Positions 11,738-22,671 of a DNA stretch of 64,000 nt are shown here, piece after piece. How positions within the stretch are numbered: the first letter of the stretch is position 1; every line of letters begins with the position of its first letter. The stretch covers positions 104,658,001-104,722,000 of the forward strand of contig NC_058368.1 in the NCBI RefSeq assembly GCF_018350175.1, written 5' to 3'. Below the pieces are notes generated by a model, which saw only the letters and a program-made list of their open reading frames with translations, did no database searches and was not told the DNA's origin. The position numbers were made by a program, and so were the translations under genes. This DNA is from Felis catus (lineage: Eukaryota).

Positions 11738-11942
11738 GGGGCGCCTGGGTGGCTCAGTCAGTTAAGCTTCTGACCTCAGCTCAGGTCATGATCTCACGGT
11801 TCGTGAGTTCAAGCCCTGTGTTGGACTCTGTGCTGACAGCTCAGAGCCTCAAGCCTGCTTTAGATTCTGTGTCTCCGTCTCTCTCTCCCCCTCTCCCACT
11901 TGTATTGTCTCCCTCTCTCTCAAAAATAAATAAACATGAAAA
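11738..11942 (+). mobile_element. Can-SINE
   Basis: GGGGCGCCTGGGTGGCTCAG head through AATAAATAAA tail. Confidence 0.93.
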
Positions 11943-12424
11943 TTTTTCTTCAAGAAGTCAGGTTTTTCAAAAATGTTTTCATTTGTTATGTTTTAAAATA
12001 CATCAAAATTAGAAACAATGGTACTGATGAGCTAGATTTAACTATTCTTTACATTGTGCCATAGTCACTTCATCTCTCTGGTTTTTATTCTATCATCCCA
12101 TAGTCAATGAAAAACATCAAAATTTTAGTCCTAAATGCTCCAGCACAGACCTACAAAGAGTTGGAGTATACTCTATCAAAACCACAATACTTTTATCACA
12201 GCTAACAAAATTGACAATAATTTCATATAATCACTTAATATCTGCTATCTAATATCTCTACCTGTATGTTTTTGCCCATGACACTGATTTTTCTAAGAGT
12301 TGAGAGTGGTTTTCTTATAGAAAGTACACATTCTGGGCTGATTATTTCTTTGTAGTCTTGCCTAACATGACTTAAGGTTGCCAGATTCTATTCTGAAAAA
12401 AAGGGAAAATTTGAGACACACATC

Positions 12425-12615
12425 CAGAGTTGTCCCATAGAACTTTCTCCAATGATGGACATGTTCTATAACTATGCCATTCATCGTGGAAGCCACTATT
12501 ACATGGGTATTCAGCACTATAAGTACAACTCTTACAACTGAGGAACTAAATTTTAATTTAATTACTTTAAGTCTTAAATTTAAGTAGCCATGTGTGGCTA
12601 GTGCCCACTGAATCA
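12425..12615 (+). mobile_element. MER3-like hAT-Charlie MITE
   Basis: TGTCCCATAGAACTTTCTCCAATGATGGACATGTTCTATA..CTGAGGAACTAAATTTT..TAGCCATGTGTGGCTAGTG. Confidence 0.75.
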
Positions 12616-12712
12616 TTTGTCTAACAAAAAAGTGGAAATAACGTACCTATGTTCTGCCTGTACATGGCAGGGGTTTGATGAATGCTGGCCTTCCTCTCTT
12701 TCAAATACATAC

Positions 12713-12905
12713 TTTTCTTTGAGAGAGACAGAAACAAAGGAAGAAAGGGAGAGAGGGTGAGTGGGGGAAGGGCAGAGAGAGAGGGAGACACAGAATCCGA
12801 AACAGGCTCCAGGCTCTGAGCTGTCACTGGGCTTGAATTCCCATGAAATCATGACCTACCTGAGGCAAAGTCAGATGCTTAACCGACTGAGCCACCCGGG
12901 CGCCC
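12713..12905 (-). mobile_element. Can-SINE
   Basis: Reverse SINE ending GAGCCACCCGGGCGCCC. Confidence 0.9.
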
Positions 12906-13119
12906 TATATCTGCATCTTTAACATATATACATAAGGCTTAAGCGTTACAGTGCACATTTCCTGATATAGATGACCCTGCACATTCACTTTCCATTTAAG
13001 TTGTTTATAGTGTGTGGTTGAAATTACTTAGACCAAGCAAGGACAGTGAGATTCAATACTGGATCTCTTATTCCAATTCAGAAAAAGGATCTTTTTTTCC
13101 ATGAGATTGACACTTGAAA

Positions 13120-13370
13120 GATTGAAGCTGGAGCTCCTGAGAGCCTGCCTGACGGCAGACATAACCTGGAGAAGAGTAGAAGTGAGACTTAGAGGGGAAG
13201 ACTTCCTCTTGGCCCCTGGATCCAACTGTGCCTGCAGCCGACAATGTGGAATGAAGAGGATCAGGTCTATAGGTGTCAGTTTTATGAGCTGATAAAGTCC
13301 TTGTTTCTTCCTAAGCCAATTAGAAGGGTGCTTCTGTCTTTTGTACCTGAAAGAGTGCTGTCAAAATTTA
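13120..13370 (+). mobile_element. ERVL-MaLR (MLT1-like) LTR 3' part
   Basis: CCCTGGATCCAACTGTGCCTGCAGCC..TCAGTTTTATGAGCTGATAAA..CTAAGCCAATTAG..TTCTGTC. Confidence 0.55.
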
Positions 13371-13384
13371 ACAACCAAGGAGGC

Positions 13385-13545
13385 AGAGAATTTGGAATCA
13401 GGCAGACTGGATTCTAATGAGCCAGTGATCCAGGGTCTGTGAGCATCTACAGATACTGAGATAATTACACCTTCCTCTTAGGCCTGTTGTGAGGACTAGA
13501 TGAGATAGGATGATGTGCATGTGAGAGATACTCTGAATATGCTAG
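13385..13545 (+). mobile_element. MIR fragment
   Basis: TTTGGAATCAGGCAGACTGG..TGTTGTGAGGACTAGATGAGATA. Confidence 0.55.
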
Positions 13546-14959
13546 TTCCCTTTTTATACTTCCCCTGGGAGCTGAAATGACACCAGACCCTTGAGTCCTC
13601 ACACAGTGTTTTCCTTTTCTATTGCTCCCTTGAAAGTTTTCCATTTATACCCAGCTGTCATGTGAAGTCGCCTGGACCTATGTTAAAAGTTGAGAGGGGC
13701 ATTTCCTACAATGGGTGATGGAATGAATGTTCCCTCTCTGGTTTTATAAGACAATCAGTTTAGGGAGCAGTCAGATTTGTCTTTGAAGGCAGTACAGACC
13801 CAAATTGATGGCTGTGAATTTGTGTTGCCCTTCAGTCTATTCCTTTCCGGATGCTGTCATCCATATAATGGGGATTTAATCTTGCTCTGGCTTTGCTCAT
13901 ATGGTGCAGTTTCTTTTGCCTTCTTAAATGTAGCCATGTGTAGAAGCGTCTCTATTGGTACTGAAGATTTACTTGCCTTTTATCATCATAGTGGATTTAA
14001 GTTAAGTAGCTTGATAATCAGACGGAATATAATTAGCTAATCATTTACAGGATTACCCAGGCTAAAAATCGACACAGTAAAATACAGTAAGCATGTTTAT
14101 GCCCGTCTAAATCCTTGCATTAATAAAGGTGATCAGATTATACAATTCAAATGAATTTTCAAGAAAATATCCCTGGCATGGAGGATTAGAAATATATTTA
14201 AGCTAAATTTAGAATTCAGGAAAAGCAATCCTACAGCTTACTTTCCATTATTTTTTTTTCCCCTTTCAACTAAGCTCTTAAGCTGAATAAATTAAAGTCT
14301 GCAAGATGTTTAAACAGTTCAGTCTATATTAGTATGCTACGGTTTGTTATAGAATACAGTTGTAAAATCATTGCCAAGTTGCCCTAATACCTGCATAATG
14401 ATAACTGGGAATCTCTAGCAAAGGCATCAATGTCCTGCTTACCTATTAATTTTAGCTCCTTATCTGTAATTACTCATCTCCTTCTTGAGAATCTGTCTAC
14501 TGTCCCCAGAGTCTCACCCCTGTCTCTCGAGCTCTGTATCGCATTTGTGAAACCATATTCCCAATCTGTCAGGCAAATGCTGCTTTCTGTGGTCTAATAG
14601 CCTATCTAAAATAAGCTCTTGTACCTTTAAGATTTTGTTCATTATTTAAAAAAAACTTAGTATGTTTCCAATTGTTTCAAAATTATGAAAAGTAATGCAA
14701 TGTATCTTTAAAGGTAGGCAACTCCTAGGACCACATATCTTTCTTAAAGCAATTTTTGGTTGTGTTCCTTTGTCTTAGTATGGCAGCCAATTGTTATTTT
14801 CAGTCAATACTATAAGATTTCACCCCACCCCACACCCACCTCATCCCTATATCCATCCTATCAGGAGCATGACCATATGTGGCAGGATAAAACTTCAAAG
14901 TATTAATAAATCAAAATGTTCCCTATCTCTCAAGGGCTTCCTTAAAAATTTTTCTAAAT

Positions 14960-15212
14960 GTTTGTTTGTTTGTTTGTTTATTTACTTATTTTTTAATTTT
15001 TAAAAAATGTTTATTTTTGAGACACAGAGAGAGAGCATGAGCAGGGGAGGGGCAAAGAGAGAGGGAGACATAGAATCTGAAGCAGGCTCCAGGCTCTGAG
15101 CTGTCAGCACAGAGCCTGAAGCGGGGCTTGAACTCACGGACCGCGAGATCATGACCTGAGCCGAACTGAACCGAAGTTGGGCCCTTAACCAACTGAGCCA
15201 CCCAGTCACCCC
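14960..15212 (-). mobile_element. Can-SINE
   Basis: Reverse SINE with (TTTG)n tail and a short internal duplication (CCGAACTGAACCGAA). Confidence 0.92.
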
Positions 15213-16015
15213 AAAAAACCTAACTTTTAGTTAATGGTTTTTGCCTTTGAAGTCACACTCAGAAAATGTTTTATTAAACAAGACTTTTAAAAATAGTCAC
15301 TGAGATAATCTATTATCTTAATGGACTATTTCTCTGAACACTTAAGTCTTTTATCTGTTTGAATTTTGTTTTGTTGTAATGTACAAAATAAAGATGACTT
15401 GTATTTTTAGGTAGTGAAATGGTAGTGAATAGTTGCTATTTGCTTCTCTAATTTCATTCACAATTTTTTTTTCTACAAAGAGCCCCTGATTTCCATTTAT
15501 AGATCCACATCCCTTTTATTTTTCTGTTCATGTGTTTTGGGTAGTGCAGAAATAGGACATTAAGAGCCTGATATTCTTTAATTTACTCTTGACTAAAAGC
15601 ACCTGCGGCAGAAACCATGGTCCTTCTGGCAATGGCACAGGCAATGTAAAGAAGCATGTAAAGAATATTAGAGAATATTAACATATCTATTACCATAAAA
15701 CGAAACTGACAGCTGTATGTTTGTCAAATGTTTTATATCAAAGAAATGGGAGTTTATACATTTGTTTCCTAATACCTGTCTTTGAGGTATTATGTATGTT
15801 TCTCTGTAAGAAGGACCCTAAAAATGTATTCAGAACTTTGCTGGTTAGGGTATCTGAGAAATCGACTTCTCAGCCTTCTATTCTGTAGTAGACTGTTAGA
15901 GTGTTTTTTGAAGGAAACAATTTGCAGTTGTAACCCATGTTTGTCATAGAGGATTGGCTTCACCCACGGTTGGTAAGAGCTCACTTCCTATGACATCATG
16001 TAACCTAGTAGCTGC

Positions 16016-16016
<1 letters not shown>

Positions 16017-16052
<36 letters not shown>
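16017..16052. repeat. C36 homopolymer
   Basis: Direct reading. Confidence 0.9.
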
Positions 16053-16056
<4 letters not shown>

Positions 16057-16608
16057 CAAGAACCACAGCCCTTGGGGTGGCTCGCAGTGGCCGAGCAGGC
16101 TGCAAAACCAGAGAAGCCTTGCAAAGGGCTCCAATTCCCTTGTTTATCCCAATATGTTGTATAAACATAACTATCCTCTTAATGTAGTATGAAAAAGGCT
16201 GTGAGATGGTGCATTTTAATAAAACAGTCTTCTGATTGAATGTGAATGATATTCCTGAATGTGAATTCACACACACGAAGTTTAAGGAAAGACTCTTTTG
16301 GGGGGCATTTGCTCTTCTGCCGTGTGAATACATCATGGCCATGGAAAGCTGTAAATCTCAGGCTAGGATATTAATATTCTAGAGAGGAATGTTAGATAAG
16401 TAACAAAGGCTGATAAAAATTCCCTGGGTTTTCAGAAAAGTTAAGACTTTGATTAATTAATTCTTTATATTCATCTCCTCCCCCTTTTATTGCAAAATGA
16501 GATAGTTATTGTAATCTGAGAGATAAGACAGAATCTACGGAGAGCCATATTTGTGCATCTCTGTGGTTTGGGCAGATGTGTTAAGCGAATGAAAGAAATT
16601 CACACTCT

Positions 16609-16818
16609 GGGGTGTCTTGGGTGGCTCAGTCAGCTGCAAGTCTGACTCTTGATCTCAGCTCAGGTCATGTTTTCACGGTCGTGGGATTGAGTGCCCTGTG
16701 GGGCTCCACGCTGAGTGTGGAGCCTGCTTGAGATTCTATCTCTTCCTGTCCCCCATGTCCCCCACCCATGTGCTGTCTGTCTGTCTGTCTCTCAAATAAA
16801 AATACAACAAAAATAAAT
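16609..16818 (+). mobile_element. Can-SINE (older type)
   Basis: GGGTGGCTCAGTC..GACTCTTGATCTCAGCTCAGGTCATG head, A-rich tail. Confidence 0.85.
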
Positions 16819-16929
16819 GCACATTGAGAACTCCCTGGCCTTAAAAAATAATTTTCCACTTAAAAAAGATAAGTTCCCAGTGGAAAATAAAAATCCCGTG
16901 ACTTATAAGACTTACGTTTAAACTGTATC

Positions 16930-17320
16930 CACTATTTTTGAGGCATTTAGTAGGCACAAGGATGTCAATTGGTGCTTGAGATACATTAATAAAAAGGATA
17001 GCCCTTTACTTGGAATGCTCATATTGTAGTGGGGAGAAGACAGATACCAAACAGTGAACATAATGAGTAAGTAAATTAGCACATTAGAAGGTGGAAAGCA
17101 ATATGAAAACACGTGGAACTTTTTAAAGGGGATTGGTTGTGCTGGGGGAGCAGGGATGTGGTGCGATGTTTGCTAGGAATCTACACTGAGAAGTCATACC
17201 TGGAGTTGGAAATGAAGGAAATGAAACAGCCAGCCACACATTCCAGGGAGGGACCTAAGGGGGGAATAATACCAAGAGACCAATCTGTCTGGAGTGGAGC
17301 GAACAAGAGGACAGCAGAGT
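16930..17320 (-). mobile_element. L2 LINE 3' fragment
   Basis: GGTGCTTGAGATACATTAAT..CTCATATTGTAGTGGGGAGAAGACAGA, typical of reverse L2 3' end. Confidence 0.55.
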
Positions 17321-17321
17321 A

Positions 17322-18123
17322 AGTAAAGAACTCCTTTCTACAACTTGACAAGAATAACCCAATTTTTTAAAAAAGGGTGAAGAACTTGAGTGGACATTTC
17401 TCCAAAGAGGAAAGGAATTACCAACAGCACATGAAGAGATGTCCGACATCAAAAAATCCAAACCAATACCACAGTGCCATACCACCTCACTCCTATAGAA
17501 TAGCTACTCTCAGAAAAATAAATAGGTGGTGGCGGGGGGGGGGGGGGGGCGGATAGCAAGTGTCAGCAGGATGTGGAGATGTTGGAACCCTTCTGGACTC
17601 TTGGTGGGACTGTAAAATGGCGCAGTCACACGGAAAACAGTGTGGCGATTCTTAGGAAAATTGAAGATAGAATTACCGTGTGATCCAGCAATGCCACTTT
17701 GAGTGTTTATTCCGAATAATTGGAAGCAGAGTCTCTAAAAAATATGCATAAACCTATGCTCATAGTAGCCTTATTTACAAGAGCTGCAATGTGGAAGCAA
17801 CCCAAGTTTCCATCCACAGATGAATGGTTAACAAAGTGTGGTATATATATTTATATACCATTCAGCCTTAAAAAGGAAGGAAATTCTGACATATATTGCA
17901 ATATGGATGAACCTTGAGGACATTATGCTAAGCGAAATACATCAGTCACAAAAAGGCAAATACTGTATGATTCCACTTATGTATCTAGAGTGGTTACATT
18001 CATAGAGACAAAAAATAGAATGATGGTTGCCAGAGGCTATGGGAAAGGGAAATTGGGAGTTAATGTTTAATGGGTACAGAGTCTCACTTTTGCAAGATGA
18101 AGAGTTCTGAGGATGGATGGTGG
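17322..18123 (+). mobile_element. LINE-1 ORF2 end and 3' UTR (L1MB-like)
   Basis: GGACATTTCTCCAAAGAGG, GATCCAGCAATGCCACT, ATGGATGAACCTTGAGGACATTATGCTAAG, GTTTAATGGGTACAGAGT. Confidence 0.88.
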
Positions 18124-18293
18124 CTAAAATAGCCAGGAACTCCCAGAGGCAGTGTTTAAGTGACAGGAAGCCACTTTCTCACCCACACTGGCCCTCCACT
18201 GGGTCATTCCCAACAAGATACAAAACCAGTAATACCGTTCACCTATGAAAACCCTTCTTTGATCCTACATCACTTAGTAATTATCGTCTCACA

Positions 18294-18401
18294 GGGGCTT
18301 GGCTGGCTGAGTTGGTGGACTATGTGACTCTTGATCTCAGGGTTGTGAGTTCAAGCCCCACACTGGGTGCAGAGATTACTTTAAAAACTTAAAACAAAAA
18401 A
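18294..18401 (+). mobile_element. Short Can-SINE
   Basis: tRNA-like head and A tail; TSD TAATTATCGTCTCA / TAATTACTGTCTCA. Confidence 0.85.
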
Positions 18402-18519
18402 TAATTACTGTCTCATTTTTTCTGTTGCAATGTGGAACAAATTTGAAAAAGCTGTCAATACTCTGTCAAATACCTCTCTTTCTATTCTGTCTTCAAGTGT
18501 CTCCAAATAGACTTTCAAT

Positions 18520-18970
18520 CCATGACTCCACTGTAGAAATACAGTCCAGATGTAGTAGCTGTAAAATCTACGAACCCAGAAGCACTCACTGTGTAATATG
18601 TGCACATGGAATTGATCTGATGCAGGAGGGTTTTATTGAGTCAAATCTACTCCCCGTTCCCTGATTAATCAATATGGAATGATCTGCTCAGTTTGCTTGC
18701 CTTTACTATTTCTACTATTTTCAGAATAAAAACAGGAAATAACTTACAAGTGTTTACTTTTAATTTCATAATGTGTATTGGGCAAAAAAGTTTTTATATA
18801 GATTATTATACAATATTGAAATAATACATACCTTTTCTTTCACAAATAATAAATTATTATAATTGTGAACAAATGATTATTTGTTTTAACATGAAAATAT
18901 ATCACTTTTTTTCCATACGTCTTCTCCTTGTTTGTTAAGCATGAGGTTATTTCATGAACCGGAAGGGGAG
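18520..18970 (+). mobile_element. Probable piggyBac-family (Looper-like) transposon 3' remnant
   Basis: Translation IQSRCSSCK..HCVICAHGID resembles the piggyBac C-terminal Cys-rich domain; AT-rich tail follows; end ..CATGAACCGGAAGGGGAG|TTGA resembles a TIR plus degenerate TTAA. Confidence 0.45.
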
Positions 18971-19016
18971 TTGATGTGAATCTAAACATGCTATACCGAT
19001 TTTAATTAAAAAAAAA

Positions 19017-19228
19017 TTTTTTTTTCAACGTTTATTTATTTTTGGGACAGAGAGAGACAGAGCATGAATGGGGGAGGGGCAGAGAGAGAGGGAGACACAG
19101 AATTGGAAACAGGCTCCAGGCTCTGAGCCATCAGCCCAGAGCCTGACGCGGGGCTCGAACTCACGGACCGCGAGATCGTGACCTGGCTGAAGTCGGACGC
19201 TTAACCGACTGCGCCACCCAGGCGCCCC
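19017..19228 (-). mobile_element. Very young Can-SINE (SINEC_Fc-type)
   Basis: Diagnostic ..GATCGTGACCTGGCTGAAGTCGGACGCTTAACCGACTGCGCCACCCAGGCGCCCC; CpGs largely retained. Confidence 0.95.
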
Positions 19229-19769
19229 AAATTTTAAATGGATCCAAATAATTCTGCATGATGATTCAGATATGCCCACCCTGGGTCAGTATCACTTTGT
19301 GTTTCCAATCATTGGAAGCCAAACTCCATACATGGTGAAGAGAGACTCTCCTAGTGATGGTGATTCAGGTTCACGGTAAGTAATGACTCCGCGAAGTCCA
19401 GTTGTTGCCTAGCTTTTGTTCACTCGCCTTGGATTCATGAGAGCATTTCTCCACTCTTCTCCATCAAGCTACGTGGATGTCATCCGTGAACATATTTCTC
19501 TCTAAGCTGGATATCTTTCTTTAGTATGTGTCTGTCATCTCTGCTGCATCCCCTTTCTGAATTTGATTAAACATTTACCTTAACAGCAGGACTACTGAAT
19601 ACACCTGTGCAATGTGTACTCTACAGGAATACTCCAGCAGAGTGGTCAAATGGAGTGAAAACTCCAGCATGTTCTGCCCCAAAGCTCGACAATGGCCACA
19701 AAGCACCATAGCCGCTAATAGCAATTCTGCTTAGGAGACTTGATTAGAGGAAGACACTTCCCTTCAGGA

Positions 19770-20190
19770 TAGAAACACAAAGGAACACTTACTTCTTCAG
19801 ACTCTTGCAACTGGGCCTTGGACATGTGACTTAGGCTCAGCCAATGAGGTGCATGGGCCCTGAACTTGGATTTGGGAAGTGGGACAATGGAGAATTCTTT
19901 CTGTAGCACAGGGGAGGCAGCCACATCCCATTCTGGGGAGTGGTCGTTGCCTCAGTCAGGATCTAGGGCTGGAGGTGTTGGTGATGAGATCTCCAGCATC
20001 TGCTCTCCACTGGTGGGGCAGGGCGTCCCTAGACCAGTTCCCCAGTGTGATTTTTCGCTCTGTGCCTGCATCCCCTCCCGACTTTTCCCTCCAGCCTTCC
20101 TAGTGTTTCACTGAGCACCCAGTGGCTTCTCAGTGAATTTCCTTTCCACTTAAACTCCTCAACGTCCATTTCTTTTGCTGTGCAACCAGT
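19770..20190 (+). mobile_element. ERVL LTR (LTR33-like)
   Basis: GACTCTTGCAACTGGGC..CATGTGACTTAGGCTCAGCCAAT..CCAGCCTTCC..AATTTCCTTTCCACTTAAAC..TTTCTTTTGCTGTGCAAC. Confidence 0.6.
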
Positions 20191-20266
20191 TTATTGGAGG
20201 TTCTGGACTCAGTGGGACACTAAAAGGAAACATGAAACCCTTTTATTTTTCCAACGTCGTTTGCAG

Positions 20267-20494
20267 TTATTTTCTATTTTTTAATGTTTGTTTTTGAGAG
20301 AGAGAGGGAGGGAGGGATGGATAGTACAGCCACGGGAGGGGCAGAGAGAGAGAGAGGGAGACGCAGAATGTGAAGCAGGCTCCAGTCTCTGAGATGTCAG
20401 GACAGAGTCTGATGCGGGGCTTGAACCCATGAACTGGGAGATCATGACCTGAGCCGAAGTCTGACACTTAACCGACTGAGCTACCCAGGTGGCC
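20267..20494 (-). mobile_element. Can-SINE
   Basis: Reverse SINE body and head. Confidence 0.9.
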
Positions 20495-21571
20495 TCCGTT
20501 TTCAGGTATGTTTTGATGAAGAAGTGTTTTCTGCCCCTACACAACATCTTGGGTAGCTCTTGCAGCATCCCAGAAAATTTTCAGGTTTTAAAATGTTGAG
20601 GCTAAAGTATTCCAGTTTAAATTTTGAATATCACATCCATTGTGATGCTCTTGCCCTCACCATGCCCAGATTTGACCAGTAGTGCACATGGCCCTGCCTT
20701 GGGGAGTTGGGTGTGCTTTGTTTTCCCTCCTCTGCTTCCCCTTCATCTTTAGGGTCCATCTGTCTATCTCTTCTAGAGTGTTGGGGTCCCAGAGGAGGAA
20801 TGAGAAGGACCGACATACTCTACTTAGCTGCTGCTGTGGTGTTCCGCATCGGGTGGCCAATCCTGGCTGAAGAGGGGATATCTGGATGCTGCTGACATGC
20901 AATGCAAGGCTGGGCTCTTCAAGAGGCCCTGCCGGGGCTGTAGTTGCACAGGCCTCTGACATTTGGTCTCACAGTTTCCCATCTGTTTTGGAATCCCTTA
21001 ATGGTCTCCCCCAGTTTCGTTTTATTAGGTTAGTCAGAGTTGACTCGTACTGCTTGAGGACAAGAACCTTGACTGACACAGCAGGCATTCATATTGCAGA
21101 CAAAAGGAGACCACACCACAGGAGATGCTGGGTTAAAGAAAAAATACTCATATCATTGCCACAGTCACTTGTGATCATCTTCTGTAACTTTGCCTTTGTA
21201 CACAGTGATGAGAGTCCTCATTGCGCAGATGGCATTGATTTATTCCAACCTGGAATGGATGTGTTTATTGGGCCAAACGTGAGAATTTAAAAAGTGATGT
21301 CAGAAAGGTATCCCTGTCTTTACTTCTATCATTTTCTGATCTTGGTATATGAAGGACGAGCTGGTTTCCTGTTGAACTGCTCCCAAGCATGATCCCATTC
21401 CACAGGAAGTCTACTTTTACAAGAATATCCCAAATATATCTGGTTTTCTTTCAGGAGCTTCTGCAAACATAGTATTACACCAGGAACTGTGCCAGCAGTG
21501 CTTTTAAAAACAGTCCGGATACACCCAAGAGTCTTAAAAGTAATTTCACATTTAAATAAAATTAAATAGAA

Positions 21572-21716
21572 TTTTGCTACTCAAGGTGTGTCTGAGTAAC
21601 GGAAGCATCCATGTCGGCGTTAGTTAAAATGTAGCCTCTCCCAAAATATTGAATCACAATCATATATTCACAAAATCTCTAGCTGATTAACCATATTAAA
21701 ATTTGAGAAGCAGTAG
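21572..21716. mobile_element. MER5-like hAT-Charlie MITE
   Basis: TGCTACTCAAGGTGTG..TTAAAATGTAG..TGAATCA..AAAATTTGAGAAGCA. Confidence 0.5.
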
Positions 21717-22461
21717 AATAGAAAATATCAGAGGACCTTACCTACAGTAAGAGTCAGCGTTGTTTCATGAAACGTGTCCAATTATATATAAAATATGAAT
21801 TTGGTCCTAATGAAAAATGTATTACTGTGAGTCACAATAAAAAAAAAATTGGAGAGAGCGATGTCAGCAAGATGGCCAAATATGACCCTTCTCATCATGT
21901 GGCCCTCCAACAAGAAAAATTTGACCTCAATCCATGGAAAAGAGTGAATTTGTAGGAGCCGTGGGGTCCAGCACCATCTGACAAAGGACCCAGGAGGAGT
22001 CTCACCCACCTGTGCCTCAGGTAATAGGCAGACCTTGGCCCTGAACGTGGACCCTCAGATAACCCATGAACTGATAAAGCTCCACTCGGCCATGGTCCAG
22101 GATCCTCTGGAGAACACTGACCTAGGCAGTCACTGACAGAAAGTCCTTGGACGGGTCCAGGACTCCACTGGGGCAGTTGTAATAGAGATGTATTAGAGAT
22201 AGAGGAACAGTTTGACTTTATCCAGGTCACCCCTCCCTTAGGGCAGCCCAATTCAGTGCCAAGAGAAACTTTCTCAGACCATGGTTTCTCCCTCAGGGAA
22301 AATGCAAGCATATGAGTGAGTACCCAGTTTCGCCAGCTATGTGGGATACTGCCAAAAAAAAAAAAAAAAAGCCATTTTTGAAAAGGCATAAAGTGGCTGA
22401 ATGGGTTTTAAAAAAAGAAGACTCAACTATATATTGCCTACAAGAGACTCCATTTAAAAAT

Positions 22462-22671
22462 GTTTTTAAAATGTTTATTTCATTTTTGAGGGAAAGAGCA
22501 CAAATGCAGGAGGGGTAGAGAGAGAGAGGGAGACACAGAATCCACGAAGCAGGCTCCAGGCTCTGAGCTGTCTGTCAGTGCAGAGCCTGACACGGGCTTA
22601 AACCCACGAATAGTGAGATCATGACCTGAGCTGAAGTTGGCCGCTAAAGTGACTGAGCCACCCAGGTGCCT
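22462..22671 (-). mobile_element. Can-SINE inside L1 ORF2 EN domain
   Basis: Reverse SINE flanked by GAGACTC repeats. Confidence 0.9.

Noticed and set aside
15944..16342. Poly-Gly and poly-Pro ORFs
   Set aside because: Produced by the C36 homopolymer.
18545..18620. Resemblance of CSSCKIYEPRSTHCVIC to the ZDHHC palmitoyltransferase Cys-rich motif
   Set aside because: No DHHC follows, the spacing is one residue short and there are no splice signals; the piggyBac reading also explains the downstream tail.
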